Assembly (NCBI RefSeq): GCF_009831105.1
Contig: NZ_WUUQ01000004.1
Coordinates: 30,001-62,000 of the forward strand
Origin: Copranaerobaculum intestinale
GTDB taxonomy: Bacteria; Bacillota_I; Bacilli_A; Erysipelotrichales; Erysipelotrichaceae
DNA: 32,000 bases
Reading direction: 5' to 3'
Shown here: positions 1 through 8,548 of the stretch, piece by piece
Position numbering within the stretch: position 1 is the stretch's first letter
Layout of the letters: each line of letters begins with the position of its first letter
Made by a program: the position numbers and the translations under genes
Notes under the pieces: model-generated
Seen by the model: only the letters and a program-made list of their open reading frames with translations
Databases searched by the model: none
Told to the model about the DNA's origin: nothing

Positions 1-515
1 GTTTATTTGAAGCGATGGAGGATCAGCCGGAAACTGCACCGATACCCGTGTTTAAAATATTACCGCTATCTGGTACATCTAAAGAAACGGTCTTAGATCC
101 ATGGCTGCATGAATTGATTCCTGCTGGTGTAAATGATTTTAAATTGGATTGGATTCGCTTTGAATCAGAGGATGACAAAATTCAAATTCATATCAGCCGC
201 AATCAGCAGACGTACTGCGTATTAGCAGGATATAACAGTTGGCTGGCACAGGATAATCAGTTCCATACTTTTAATACGTTTATGTCTTATGATAGTCTGT
301 GCAATGAACAGCCCAGCACGGTTGATAATACTTTATTTGCATCCTATGCCTGGATAACGCCGACCACGCTGAAGGTTGTCATACGTGAGCATGATCATTC
401 TGCGGTGACAACCTTGACCTTTGCATTTGATCGTTATCATGTTGTACTGTATTATCATATCGACGGTTTATATACGAATCTGACTGAAACAAAGTGTGTC
501 TTCAAACGACTATGA
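1..515 (+). CDS. hypothetical protein, probably the 3' part of a CDS that begins upstream of the window
   Basis: The ORF track gives 15..515. The same frame stays open back to nt 3 (tta ttt gaa gcg) and there is no Shine-Dalgarno before ATG 15, so Met15 is probably internal. I recognised no family motif. Confidence 0.35.
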   Translation, partial: LFEAMEDQPETAPIPVFKILPLSGTSKETVLDPWLHELIPAGVNDFKLDWIRFESEDDKIQIHISRNQQTYCVLAGYNSWLAQDNQFHTFNTFMSYDSLCNEQPSTVDNTLFASYAWITPTTLKVVIREHDHSAVTTLTFAFDRYHVVLYYHIDGLYTNLTETKCVFKRL

Positions 516-566
516 GAAATGTAAATATTCATAGATTGCATGAATATTGCAGATGGGGAGGAAATG

Positions 567-1043
567 ATGATGTTTAAATTTTTTAAAAAGAAAGCTGTTC
601 ATGTATATGCACCGGTTGACGGTATTCAAATTCCTCTGGAAGCGGTAAATGACCCGGTATTCGCAACAAAGATGATCGGTGCAGGGGCAGCCTTTGAACT
701 ATCGGGGGATACGATATATTCACCATGTGCAGGAACGATTCATTTGATTGCGGATACACTTCATGCTTTCGGTATCGTTATGCCCGGCGGTATTGAAATT
801 CTCATCCATGTCGGTCTGGAAACGGTCCGCCTGAAAGGGCAGGGATTAACACCGCTGAGAAAACAAGGAGATTCAGTTCAAGTGGGGACGCCGCTGCTTA
901 AAATTGATCGTGGATTCATGAAGGAGCAGCAGGTGGATCTGACCACGATTGTGGTTATCGTGAAAGATAACGGTCTGCATACTGTGCTTTGTGACAATAC
1001 GCAAGTAAGCAGCGGCACTACCGAAATCTTCACGCTGCAATGA
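567..1043 (+). CDS. crr: stand-alone PTS EIIA component, glucose family
   Basis: Shows PTS_EIIA_1 hallmarks: VYAPVDG, DPVFATKMIGAG, and the two conserved His contexts TLHAFGI and LIHVGLETV. GGAGG at 557-561 favours ATG 567 or 570 over the ORF-track ATG 540. Confidence 0.85.
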   Translation: MMFKFFKKKAVHVYAPVDGIQIPLEAVNDPVFATKMIGAGAAFELSGDTIYSPCAGTIHLIADTLHAFGIVMPGGIEILIHVGLETVRLKGQGLTPLRKQGDSVQVGTPLLKIDRGFMKEQQVDLTTIVVIVKDNGLHTVLCDNTQVSSGTTEIFTLQ

Positions 1044-1114
1044 TGCATACAGGATTATGAATGGATTTATCGGTTATGAAGACTCTTCGATCCTGAATAT
1101 ATCATGCAATTTCT

Positions 1115-1143
1115 AAAAGAAGCAGCTGTCTGCTTCTTTTTTC
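1115..1143 (+). terminator. intrinsic terminator after the EIIA gene
   Basis: Stem aaaagaagcag / ctgcttctttt with loop ctgt, followed by a T-run. Confidence 0.7.
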
Positions 1144-1216
1144 TTGAATAGTATGATTTGCTTTTTCTCTAGTTTTTGGTTATGATTATGTGTACTTTAA
1201 GAAAGCGAGGGGAATT

Positions 1217-2860
1217 ATGGAAGATATTATTCATATTATCGGACATAAAAATCCTGATACCGATTCAATCGTATCGGCGATTGCATATGCGGAATTAAAG
1301 CGCCGCCTGGGGATTAGTGCGATCGCGTGCCGAATCGGAGAATTAAATTCAGAAACAACCTACATCCTGAATAAATTTAACGTTCAGGAGCCGATTTATA
1401 TTCAAAATGCAAAACTGAAGCTGTATGATGTACCATTTGATCAGCCGCTGACTATCACCAAGGAGAAAACACTGAAAGAAGCATGGGATAAAATGTGTGT
1501 GAGCACAGATCAGGGACGCAGTACATCGCTGTACGTGGTTGATTCTGACAATCGCCTGATCGGCGTTGTATCACTATCAGATATTGCCCATATCCTGCTG
1601 AATCCCAGGGCGAATATCAAAGCGCTGATGGCGGAAACACCGGTAGAAAATATCTGTGAGGTGCTGGACGGAAATCTGGTATATAAACCTGATCGTTTCC
1701 GGCGGAAGGGAAATGTGCATATCATAACCTCCAATCATCATGACCGCCATGAAATTGATTTTAGAGACAGCGTTGTCGTGATGAGTGATGATTTAAGCCT
1801 GCAGCGTCATGTGGTAGAAAACGGTGCTTCCTGTTTGATTCTGGCAGGAGTTGATATCATTTCAAAGGGTATTGTCGAAAGTGCAAAAGAAAACGGATGT
1901 ATTATCGTACAGACGATGAAATCAATGATGGATGTAGCAAATATCATCTATCAGGCGATTCCGGTATCCAGCATTATGTGCCGAAAGGTGGTATCCTTTG
2001 ACAATCATCAGTATATTGATGACGTCTATAAGAAAATGTCCCAGTCGCGTTTTCGTTCCTACCCGGTGTTAAACAATCAGGGCCGTGTACTTGGGGCAAT
2101 CAGCCGTTATCACTTACTGAATTATCAGAAAAAGAAATTTATCTTGGTCGATCACAATGAAACATCACAAAGCATTGATGATCTCCGCGATGCGGAAATT
2201 CTGGAGATCGTCGATCATCATCGGATCGGAGATGTGGAGACCAGCAGTCCGGTGCGCTTTCGTAATGAAATTATCGGTTCAACCTGTTCAATCATCGCCA
2301 TGATGTATAAGGAACAGAATATGGAGCCCGATTCCGTCACTGCAGCGCTCATGTGTTATGGAATTATTTCAGATACGATGAATTTCAACTCACCGACTAC
2401 TACGCCGGTCGACCGAATCTTGGCAGAATGGCTGGCAGGCATAGCCGACATTAATCTAAGCGGCATCGCTCCGGATATGTTCAAGGCAGTCGCTACGCTG
2501 AAAGGTAAAACGCTTTCTGAAATCCTCTATAATGACTTTAAAGAATACAATATCGATGGAAAGCGAATCGCGATCGGTCAGATTAATCTGGCTGATAAAC
2601 AGGAAATGGTTGATATTAAACGAGATTTCATCGAATACCTAAAAACAATCAATACAATCAACAAATTCGATCTGTTGATGATGTGTTTTACCGATGTTGA
2701 AGGAAAAGGAAGCAATTTAGTGTTTATCGGTGAACTAAGTTGGATTGTCGATGAAGCTTTCAAAGAAGATATTATGGATGAACAGTATTTCGTAGATAGT
2801 GTTATTTCACGTAAAAAACAGATAATTCCAGCTTTGTCAAAAATCATAAAGGAAGCATAA
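1217..2860 (+). CDS. ppaC: CBS-domain family II (DHH/DHHA2) inorganic pyrophosphatase
   Basis: N-terminal DHH motifs (IIGHKNPDTDSIVSAIAYA; LVDHNE; VDHHRIG) with a long CBS/DRTGG-like insert between DHH motifs, and a C-terminal DHHA2-like region. GAGGGG RBS precedes ATG 1217, which is the internal Met10 of the ORF-track ORF 1190..2860. Confidence 0.8.
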   Translation: MEDIIHIIGHKNPDTDSIVSAIAYAELKRRLGISAIACRIGELNSETTYILNKFNVQEPIYIQNAKLKLYDVPFDQPLTITKEKTLKEAWDKMCVSTDQGRSTSLYVVDSDNRLIGVVSLSDIAHILLNPRANIKALMAETPVENICEVLDGNLVYKPDRFRRKGNVHIITSNHHDRHEIDFRDSVVVMSDDLSLQRHVVENGASCLILAGVDIISKGIVESAKENGCIIVQTMKSMMDVANIIYQAIPVSSIMCRKVVSFDNHQYIDDVYKKMSQSRFRSYPVLNNQGRVLGAISRYHLLNYQKKKFILVDHNETSQSIDDLRDAEILEIVDHHRIGDVETSSPVRFRNEIIGSTCSIIAMMYKEQNMEPDSVTAALMCYGIISDTMNFNSPTTTPVDRILAEWLAGIADINLSGIAPDMFKAVATLKGKTLSEILYNDFKEYNIDGKRIAIGQINLADKQEMVDIKRDFIEYLKTINTINKFDLLMMCFTDVEGKGSNLVFIGELSWIVDEAFKEDIMDEQYFVDSVISRKKQIIPALSKIIKEA

Positions 2861-2885
2861 AACCTCAGAAATGAGGTTTTATTTT
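2860..2885 (+). terminator. intrinsic terminator after the pyrophosphatase gene
   Basis: aaacctca-gaaa-tgaggttt hairpin followed by tattttg; it starts at the stop codon. Confidence 0.75.
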
Positions 2886-2937
2886 GTCACATTTTGTCGT
2901 TAATTATACAAAAATGTAAGGGGTTACTAAATTTTTG

Positions 2938-2966
2938 TTGACTTCTCATTTTGAATGGTAGATAAT
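2938..2966 (+). promoter_or_regulatory. sigma-A-type promoter candidate (TTGACT-17-GATAAT) for the C69 peptidase gene
   Basis: TTGACT at 2938-2943, an exact 17-nt spacer, GATAAT at 2961-2966. This implies a leader of about 190 nt before ATG 3161. Confidence 0.5.
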
Positions 2967-3160
2967 GTACTTGGTCCTAGGATTATGTAGTAAAATTTGC
3001 GTATTCTGTCTTGATAAGTAGACTTTAATGAATACGTATAGAATTGATAAAAACGGCAAATAAATGTCTTTTTAAGCACAAAAAAACCAGTTTTAACTGG
3101 TATGTTAGATGTATATAAAAGTCTAATTATTGAGATAATATTAGGGAGGATTAGCAAAAT

Positions 3161-4867
3161 ATGAACTTAAAGCGAATTGCTGCTGTTCTGTTTACATCCA
3201 TGTTTGCATATGGCAGTATCTCCAGTGTATCAGCATGTACGATGGTTTATGTCGGCAGTGATGTTTCTGACGATGGATCCAGTATCGTAGCTCGTTCTGA
3301 AGATCTGCAGAAAAACCACAACAAGATGTTTAAAGTACATCATGCTGAGGATCATGCGGCTGGCGCTATGTATACAGATGTTACTGGATTTACAATGCCT
3401 TTGCCATCACATACTTACCGTTATACCTTGGTACAGGATGACTATACCGATGACGGTAAGCCGGAAGCAGAAGGATTTGCAGAAGCTGGTTTCAATGAAA
3501 ACGGAGTTTCTGTAACAGCTACTGTATCAACTAGTTATCACGCTAGTATCAAAGCAAAAGATCCGTTGGTAAGAAATACTGGTATTACAGAAGAATCTAT
3601 GGGAAGCATCCTGCTTTCTCAGGCTACTTCAGCTCGTAATGCTATTGAAATTCTGGCAAACGTTGTTGATACATACGGTGCCGGTGAATGTAATACGATC
3701 ATGGTTAGTGATCAGAATGAAGTTTGGTACATGGAAATTGTATCCGGTCATCAGTATGCAGCTATTAAAATGCCAACTGACAAAGTAGCTGTTATTCCAA
3801 ATATGATGATGCTTGGCGAAATTGCGTCTTATCCAGCAAGCGATGTTATCAAATCAGCTAATTTGGAGCAGACGGCAATTGATGCAGGAACGGCACAATA
3901 TGATGCTCAGAATCGTTTCTTGGTAGCAAAATCATATATGGCAAAATATTCAGCAAGTAACACTTACCGTGTTTGGGGCGGTAAAAACTTATTAGCTCCA
4001 TCTATTATCAATACTGTAGATCCGGATCCTAATACAGCAACTGGTATGGATCTGCTGTTCAGCCCTGATAAAAAAGTTGGTGTAATGGATGTTGTAAATG
4101 TTTTAGGATATCGTTATGAAGGAACACCATATGCTACAGATACAACTGGTTACCGTGCAATCGGTGCGGATACACAGATGGAGATCCACATTCAGCAGCA
4201 GCGTAAGAATATGCCGAAAGAGTTAGCTGGTCTTGAATGGTTAGCGATGGCTAATGGTGAATTTACGGTTTATGTGCCGTATTATGCACAGTTGTTAACA
4301 GATACTCATGAAGCATATCAGGTTGCTACCGGCAACGGTGCCTCTAAATTTAACGAAAATTCATTCTATTGGAACTTCTTTAAAGTTCAGGAATTATCTT
4401 CTAAAAACCGTGCAATGTACGGTGCTAATGTAAAGGCTTACTGGCGTAGTTACCAGCAGAAACTGATTGAGCAGCAGAAAGCTGTTGATCAGGGAATGCT
4501 GCAGCTATATAACACAGATAAGTCACAGCTTAGCGCAAAAGCTACTTCTTTAGGTAAGGCAGTAGCTGGTGAAGTATTAGGTCATGAAAAAACTATTTTG
4601 AAAGAGCTCTCAGCTTTTGTTGACGCAAACCCTGCTCCTACAACGGCTTTCGTACCATCTTTGATGAATGGCGGTGCGGTTGCTCCTACTTACAGTTTTA
4701 ACATGGATGTTGAACCACAGCCTGAACCTGAAAAACCAGCTGATGACACTCACAAAACAGGTGTCCCTACTGGTGATACTACAAATGTCGGCGCATTAGC
4801 CAGCACATTTGGCGTTACCGGTCTTGCGGCAGCCGTATTGTTCCTACTGAAACGTAAAGCTGCTTAA
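3161..4867 (+). CDS. secreted peptidase family C69 (Ntn-type dipeptidase) with a C-terminal cell-wall sorting-like signal
   Basis: Signal peptide ends ...SISSVSA|CTMVYVGSDVSDDGSSIVARSEDL, where a nucleophile Cys followed by the TM.Y.G/ARSED pattern is typical of C69. The C-terminus is GVPTGD, then a 24-aa hydrophobic stretch, then KRKAA. Confidence 0.8.
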   Translation: MNLKRIAAVLFTSMFAYGSISSVSACTMVYVGSDVSDDGSSIVARSEDLQKNHNKMFKVHHAEDHAAGAMYTDVTGFTMPLPSHTYRYTLVQDDYTDDGKPEAEGFAEAGFNENGVSVTATVSTSYHASIKAKDPLVRNTGITEESMGSILLSQATSARNAIEILANVVDTYGAGECNTIMVSDQNEVWYMEIVSGHQYAAIKMPTDKVAVIPNMMMLGEIASYPASDVIKSANLEQTAIDAGTAQYDAQNRFLVAKSYMAKYSASNTYRVWGGKNLLAPSIINTVDPDPNTATGMDLLFSPDKKVGVMDVVNVLGYRYEGTPYATDTTGYRAIGADTQMEIHIQQQRKNMPKELAGLEWLAMANGEFTVYVPYYAQLLTDTHEAYQVATGNGASKFNENSFYWNFFKVQELSSKNRAMYGANVKAYWRSYQQKLIEQQKAVDQGMLQLYNTDKSQLSAKATSLGKAVAGEVLGHEKTILKELSAFVDANPAPTTAFVPSLMNGGAVAPTYSFNMDVEPQPEPEKPADDTHKTGVPTGDTTNVGALASTFGVTGLAAAVLFLLKRKAA

Positions 4868-4880
4868 TTAAACGAATTAT

Positions 4881-4910
4881 AAAAAGATGCCGAGATTTCG
4901 ACATCTTTTT
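4881..4910. terminator. bidirectional intrinsic terminator between the convergent C69 peptidase and ligD genes
   Basis: aaaaagatgccga-gatt-tcgacatcttttt: a stem of about 12 bp with one mismatch, an A-run on the left and a T-run on the right. Confidence 0.75.
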
Positions 4911-4913
4911 ATA

Positions 4914-5852
4914 TTATCTGCGAATACAGTCGCGTGGATTCTTATCTGTACGAAAACCTTTGAAGATCGGCTGCCGTAAAGAACCTGATTCAGTTTTCAT
5001 CATGAATTTAACCACAGCGACAGCCTTTGGCTCCAGCCAAACTGCATTTTCATGATGGGGAGGAAGCTTTGCCAGGGGACACTCCTTCAGGATAGAGATT
5101 TGCTGATCTTCGAGGAAATGTAAATTTCTGACTCCCATTGTGACATGACCGCAGTATTGCAGTTCACCCTGTTCATATTGGGAAAGTACCAGTGATATGA
5201 TCGAATCATGCTTGGGAATATAACCACATATGACGTAATCATCATCCATTAGATTTTTGACCTTTACCCATTTTTTTGTGCGGGAGTCTGGTATATAAGT
5301 ACTGCTTTTTTGTTTGGCAACGATCCCTTCTAAATTTTTCTCCACTGTCATCTGATAAAGAGCGGTTCCATAACGCTCAATCGTTCGTGAAACCGAGAAT
5401 CGCTCGTACTCGGATCGTACCGTTTGATTCAGTATCTTTTTACGTTTTGTGAGCGGCTGATCCATAATCCAATTATCTTTGGCATACAGAATATCAAATG
5501 CGGTAAAATGAGCGGGATGAGAATTTGAAGCTAGCTTTGCACGAAAGGGATTTTTTTGATGTGCACGCTGCTGAAGGGCAAAAAAATCAATTGCTCCTTG
5601 TTCATATACAATTAGTTCTCCGTCCAATAAACAGGGTGTTTTCACATATTTATAGAGATCATGAAACTCGGGAAAAACCTCCGTAATATTTACATTTCGC
5701 TTATTGTAGATTTCGGCTCGGTCATTTTCCAAATACATCAGACAACGCAGACCATCCAACTTGAGTTCAAAGAGATAATCATCGCTGTCAAACGGTTCAG
5801 CAGTTTCACCGATCAGCATCGGTCGAATGGTGCGTTCAACAAAGCTGTTCAT
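4914..5852 (-). CDS. ligD: ATP-dependent DNA ligase, ligase-only LigD-type (NHEJ)
   Basis: Adenylation motif I in FELKLDGLRCLMY (KxDG), a length of 312 aa, and a start that overlaps the ku stop by 4 nt (ATGA), indicating operon coupling. Confidence 0.85.
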   Translation of the reverse strand: MNSFVERTIRPMLIGETAEPFDSDDYLFELKLDGLRCLMYLENDRAEIYNKRNVNITEVFPEFHDLYKYVKTPCLLDGELIVYEQGAIDFFALQQRAHQKNPFRAKLASNSHPAHFTAFDILYAKDNWIMDQPLTKRKKILNQTVRSEYERFSVSRTIERYGTALYQMTVEKNLEGIVAKQKSSTYIPDSRTKKWVKVKNLMDDDYVICGYIPKHDSIISLVLSQYEQGELQYCGHVTMGVRNLHFLEDQQISILKECPLAKLPPHHENAVWLEPKAVAVVKFMMKTESGSLRQPIFKGFRTDKNPRDCIRR

Positions 5853-6637
5853 GCCTGCGGACGACGTTTACCGGCCGGTTTTTTCGTCATCGCTACACTT
5901 TGTTTCAAAGCCTCCATGAGATCAACGACAGTATCTCGTTCATCCGCTTTAGGTTCACTGATTTCCTTTCCGGTAATTTTCGCTTCAATTGCCTGACGCA
6001 GCCGTTTTTGATATTCGTCTTCAAATTCTTCTGGATGGAATGGAGAGGTCATCGAATCGATCAATGCTTTCGCCATGTTCATTTCACTTTTGGTAAGTTT
6101 CTGCTTGTTTACAACCTTAGGAACTGATTCAATTTCATCCTCATAGAAAAGCGTCTTAAATAGGATGCCTTCTTCTTTGGGACAGAGCGCCAACAGCTGC
6201 TCCTTTGTACCCATCACGGTTTTTGCGATGGCAACAACTTTCTGGTTGAGCATCGCCTGATGAAGTAATTCAAAAGCTTTTTCACCGCCTTTTTCCGGTA
6301 CCGCGTAAAAGTTTTTCTCATAATAGATATCACTGATATCGGCAAGCTTTGTGAACTGCAGGATGTGGATTGTCCGATCTGTTTCTGTTTTCAGTTGATC
6401 GAGCTCTTCATCACTCATAATGACATATTTATCCTTTTCATATTGATATCCTTTTACGATATCGGACGTTTTGATTTCTTTTTTACAGTTGGGACAGAAT
6501 TTTTTATAACGTACCCGTTCCTTGGTTTCCTTGCAGAGCTGGTTGAAGCTGATATCGATATCTCTGGTTGTTTTATACAGCTGAACCGGGATATGAACCA
6601 GTCCGAACGATATTGCACCCTTATGTCTTGCTGGCAT
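5849..6637 (-). CDS. ku: Ku DNA end-binding protein
   Basis: The N-terminus MPARHKGAISFGLVHIPVQLY is the canonical bacterial Ku start. There is a basic C-terminal tail (KKPAGKRRPQA), and the gene is immediately followed by ligD. Confidence 0.9.
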   Translation of the reverse strand: MPARHKGAISFGLVHIPVQLYKTTRDIDISFNQLCKETKERVRYKKFCPNCKKEIKTSDIVKGYQYEKDKYVIMSDEELDQLKTETDRTIHILQFTKLADISDIYYEKNFYAVPEKGGEKAFELLHQAMLNQKVVAIAKTVMGTKEQLLALCPKEEGILFKTLFYEDEIESVPKVVNKQKLTKSEMNMAKALIDSMTSPFHPEEFEDEYQKRLRQAIEAKITGKEISEPKADERDTVVDLMEALKQSVAMTKKPAGKRRPQA

Positions 6638-6785
6638 AGAATCACCTCAGCATTAGTATGCACGTGTTTGTGATGTCTATGTGGAAGAAAAGCAAACGAT
6701 CGCTTGATAAAAAAGGAATGCTTATGAATCATACAAATGCATGAAAATGTAGTATAATACAAGGCATAAGACAGGAGGACTGTTT

Positions 6786-8438
6786 ATGAAGATCGCTTGT
6801 ATCGAAATGAATGTAAAAGCGGGGAAGTGTGAAGAAAACTTTACGTTTATGAAGGAACAGATTGAGGCGGCAAAGCGTGAAAATGCTGATTTGATTGTGT
6901 TTCCGCAAAATGCAGTGAGCGGCTATTTGCTGGGAGATAAATGGCTTGATGATGATTGGTGTCAATATGTTGACAGCTTTAATGAAAAGATTACTAAGCT
7001 GGCAGATTCAATTGCGATCGTATGGGGCAATATTCGTTATCGTCACCGTATGCGGTTTAACAGTGCTTTTTTTGCGTATCAGGGTAAAACGTATATGCGG
7101 GTGAAACGCAATCAGGATCATTTCTTTTTTCAGGATTCACGCTATTTTAAAGAGAGCGATATCAATGCGGCAATTGAGTATCAGGATTTGACCCTGGCGT
7201 TGAATTTCGGCTATGAACAACAGATTGCCGATTTGAATATCAATATTGATTGTTCTCCTTGGATATATGATAAGCCGCACGTGATTAAAGGCAGTACGGT
7301 TTATGTAAATGCCATGGGTATTCAGAATATAGGTAAAAATATAAGCGTTTTTGACGGTTCCTGCGTGGTTACGCAAAATCATCAGGTCTTAGTGCGAAGC
7401 AAAGCTTTTCAAACGGGGATCGTTTGGAGTAATGTTCATGAATGCTTTGAAAACCCTTCGCTGCTGGATGCTTTATTGTTTGGTGTGAAAGAATTTGATG
7501 CACAGCTATTAGGCGGAAACATGCCATGGATCGTTGGCTTATCCGGAGGGCTGGACAGCAGTGTTACAGCCGCTGTTTTAACCATGGCACTAGGTAAAGA
7601 ACGGGTGATCGGTTATAATATGGCCACTCGCTATAACAGTGATAAGACGGTTTCCAATGCTTCTGGCTTAGCTGAAAAGCTTGGCATCGCGATACATGAA
7701 GGCAGCATTGAATTGCTGATGGAAAGCTCTGTGAATACGGTAAAAGAATATGGATATGATGAAGAATCGTGGAATTCATTGGTGAAAGAGAACATGCAGG
7801 CACGGCTGCGGGGACATCTATTATCCACCTTTGCATCGATTCATAATGGTGTCGTTGTGAACAATGGCAATAAGGTAGAGGCAGCACTGGGATACTGCAC
7901 GCTTTATGGAGATGCAATCGGTGCGCTTTGTGTGATCGGCGATGTCAGCAAGGTACAGCTGTTTGATATCGCAAAAGAAATCAATCATCGGCTGAATGTT
8001 GAAGCGATTCCGCAGCGCTTGCTTCCGGTTGTACACAGTGATGGCATTACCTGGGAAATGCCGCCAAGTGCGGAATTGAAGCAGGATCAGTTGGATCCGA
8101 TGAAATGGTTCTATCATGATTATATAATTGAACATCTGCACAGCGATTTGACGATCACAGCATGGATGCGGATGTATCTTGATAAAACAGCTTTTGATAC
8201 CCCGGCTGGACGCTGGCTGCGTTATTATGGATTGGATGATCCGCAGGCATTTATTGATGATTTAGATTGGCTGGTTCAAACCATGACACGCAATGGCTTC
8301 AAACGAATACAGTTCCCGCCTATTTTGTGTATTTCAGCAAATCCCTATGGCAATGCCTATATAGAAACGCAATCTCAATTCGATGAAGCGGAGTATCAGA
8401 AATTGCGCGATGCAATTTTAAAGCAGCCAATTCAGTGA
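6786..8438 (+). CDS. nadE: two-domain NAD+ synthetase (CN-hydrolase-like N-domain plus PP-loop synthetase domain)
   Basis: PP-loop GLSGGLDSSV at about residue 252 and synthetase-domain motifs (GNKVEAALGYCTLYGD). The N-terminal 240 aa resemble the glutaminase domain, but the expected FPE motif reads FPQ (see findings). RBS aggagga precedes ATG 6786. Confidence 0.85.
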   Translation: MKIACIEMNVKAGKCEENFTFMKEQIEAAKRENADLIVFPQNAVSGYLLGDKWLDDDWCQYVDSFNEKITKLADSIAIVWGNIRYRHRMRFNSAFFAYQGKTYMRVKRNQDHFFFQDSRYFKESDINAAIEYQDLTLALNFGYEQQIADLNINIDCSPWIYDKPHVIKGSTVYVNAMGIQNIGKNISVFDGSCVVTQNHQVLVRSKAFQTGIVWSNVHECFENPSLLDALLFGVKEFDAQLLGGNMPWIVGLSGGLDSSVTAAVLTMALGKERVIGYNMATRYNSDKTVSNASGLAEKLGIAIHEGSIELLMESSVNTVKEYGYDEESWNSLVKENMQARLRGHLLSTFASIHNGVVVNNGNKVEAALGYCTLYGDAIGALCVIGDVSKVQLFDIAKEINHRLNVEAIPQRLLPVVHSDGITWEMPPSAELKQDQLDPMKWFYHDYIIEHLHSDLTITAWMRMYLDKTAFDTPAGRWLRYYGLDDPQAFIDDLDWLVQTMTRNGFKRIQFPPILCISANPYGNAYIETQSQFDEAEYQKLRDAILKQPIQ

Positions 8439-8495
8439 TTTAATACGCATGGAAACGTCTGATGGATCACATCTAAATAAAAGACCAGATAAATG

Positions 8496-8539
8496 AAATG
8501 CACCTCTTTGTTGGATCATCTCAAAGGAGGTGCATTTTT
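8496..8539. terminator. bidirectional intrinsic terminator between nadE and the convergent hypothetical gene
   Basis: aaatgcacctctttg ... caaaggaggtgcattt (15/16-nt arms, one bulge), flanked by A-rich sequence on the left and ttttt on the right. Confidence 0.7.
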
Positions 8540-8548
8540 AAATCAAAG

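Noticed and set aside
1510-2847. Minus-strand ORFs 1510..1734 and 2578..2847 from the ORF track
   Set aside because: They lie entirely antisense inside the well-supported pyrophosphatase CDS and have no RBS and low-complexity translations, so they are shadow ORFs.
2927-3157. Minus-strand ORF of 76 aa in the intergenic region upstream of the C69 peptidase
   Set aside because: The region is AT-rich and contains the plus-strand promoter and leader. The ORF has no RBS and an Ile/Leu/Tyr-rich junk-like translation.
4230-4240. An 11-mer GTCTTGAATGG identical to part of the XRE operator right arm, inside the C69 peptidase CDS
   Set aside because: It is located mid-gene (encoding LAGLEWL) with no partner half-site, so it is most likely chance. 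I kept it as a warning that the dispersed half-site matches reported in the findings may also be coincidental.
5661-6965. ORFs 5661..5996, 5900..6127 and 6365..6673 (plus strand) and 6454..6762 and 6729..6965 (minus strand)
   Set aside because: They are antisense to ligD, ku or nadE, or span the ku-nadE promoter gap. None has a family motif or translation signals.
7137-8141. Four minus-strand ORFs inside nadE
   Set aside because: They are antisense shadows of a CDS with clear PP-loop motifs.
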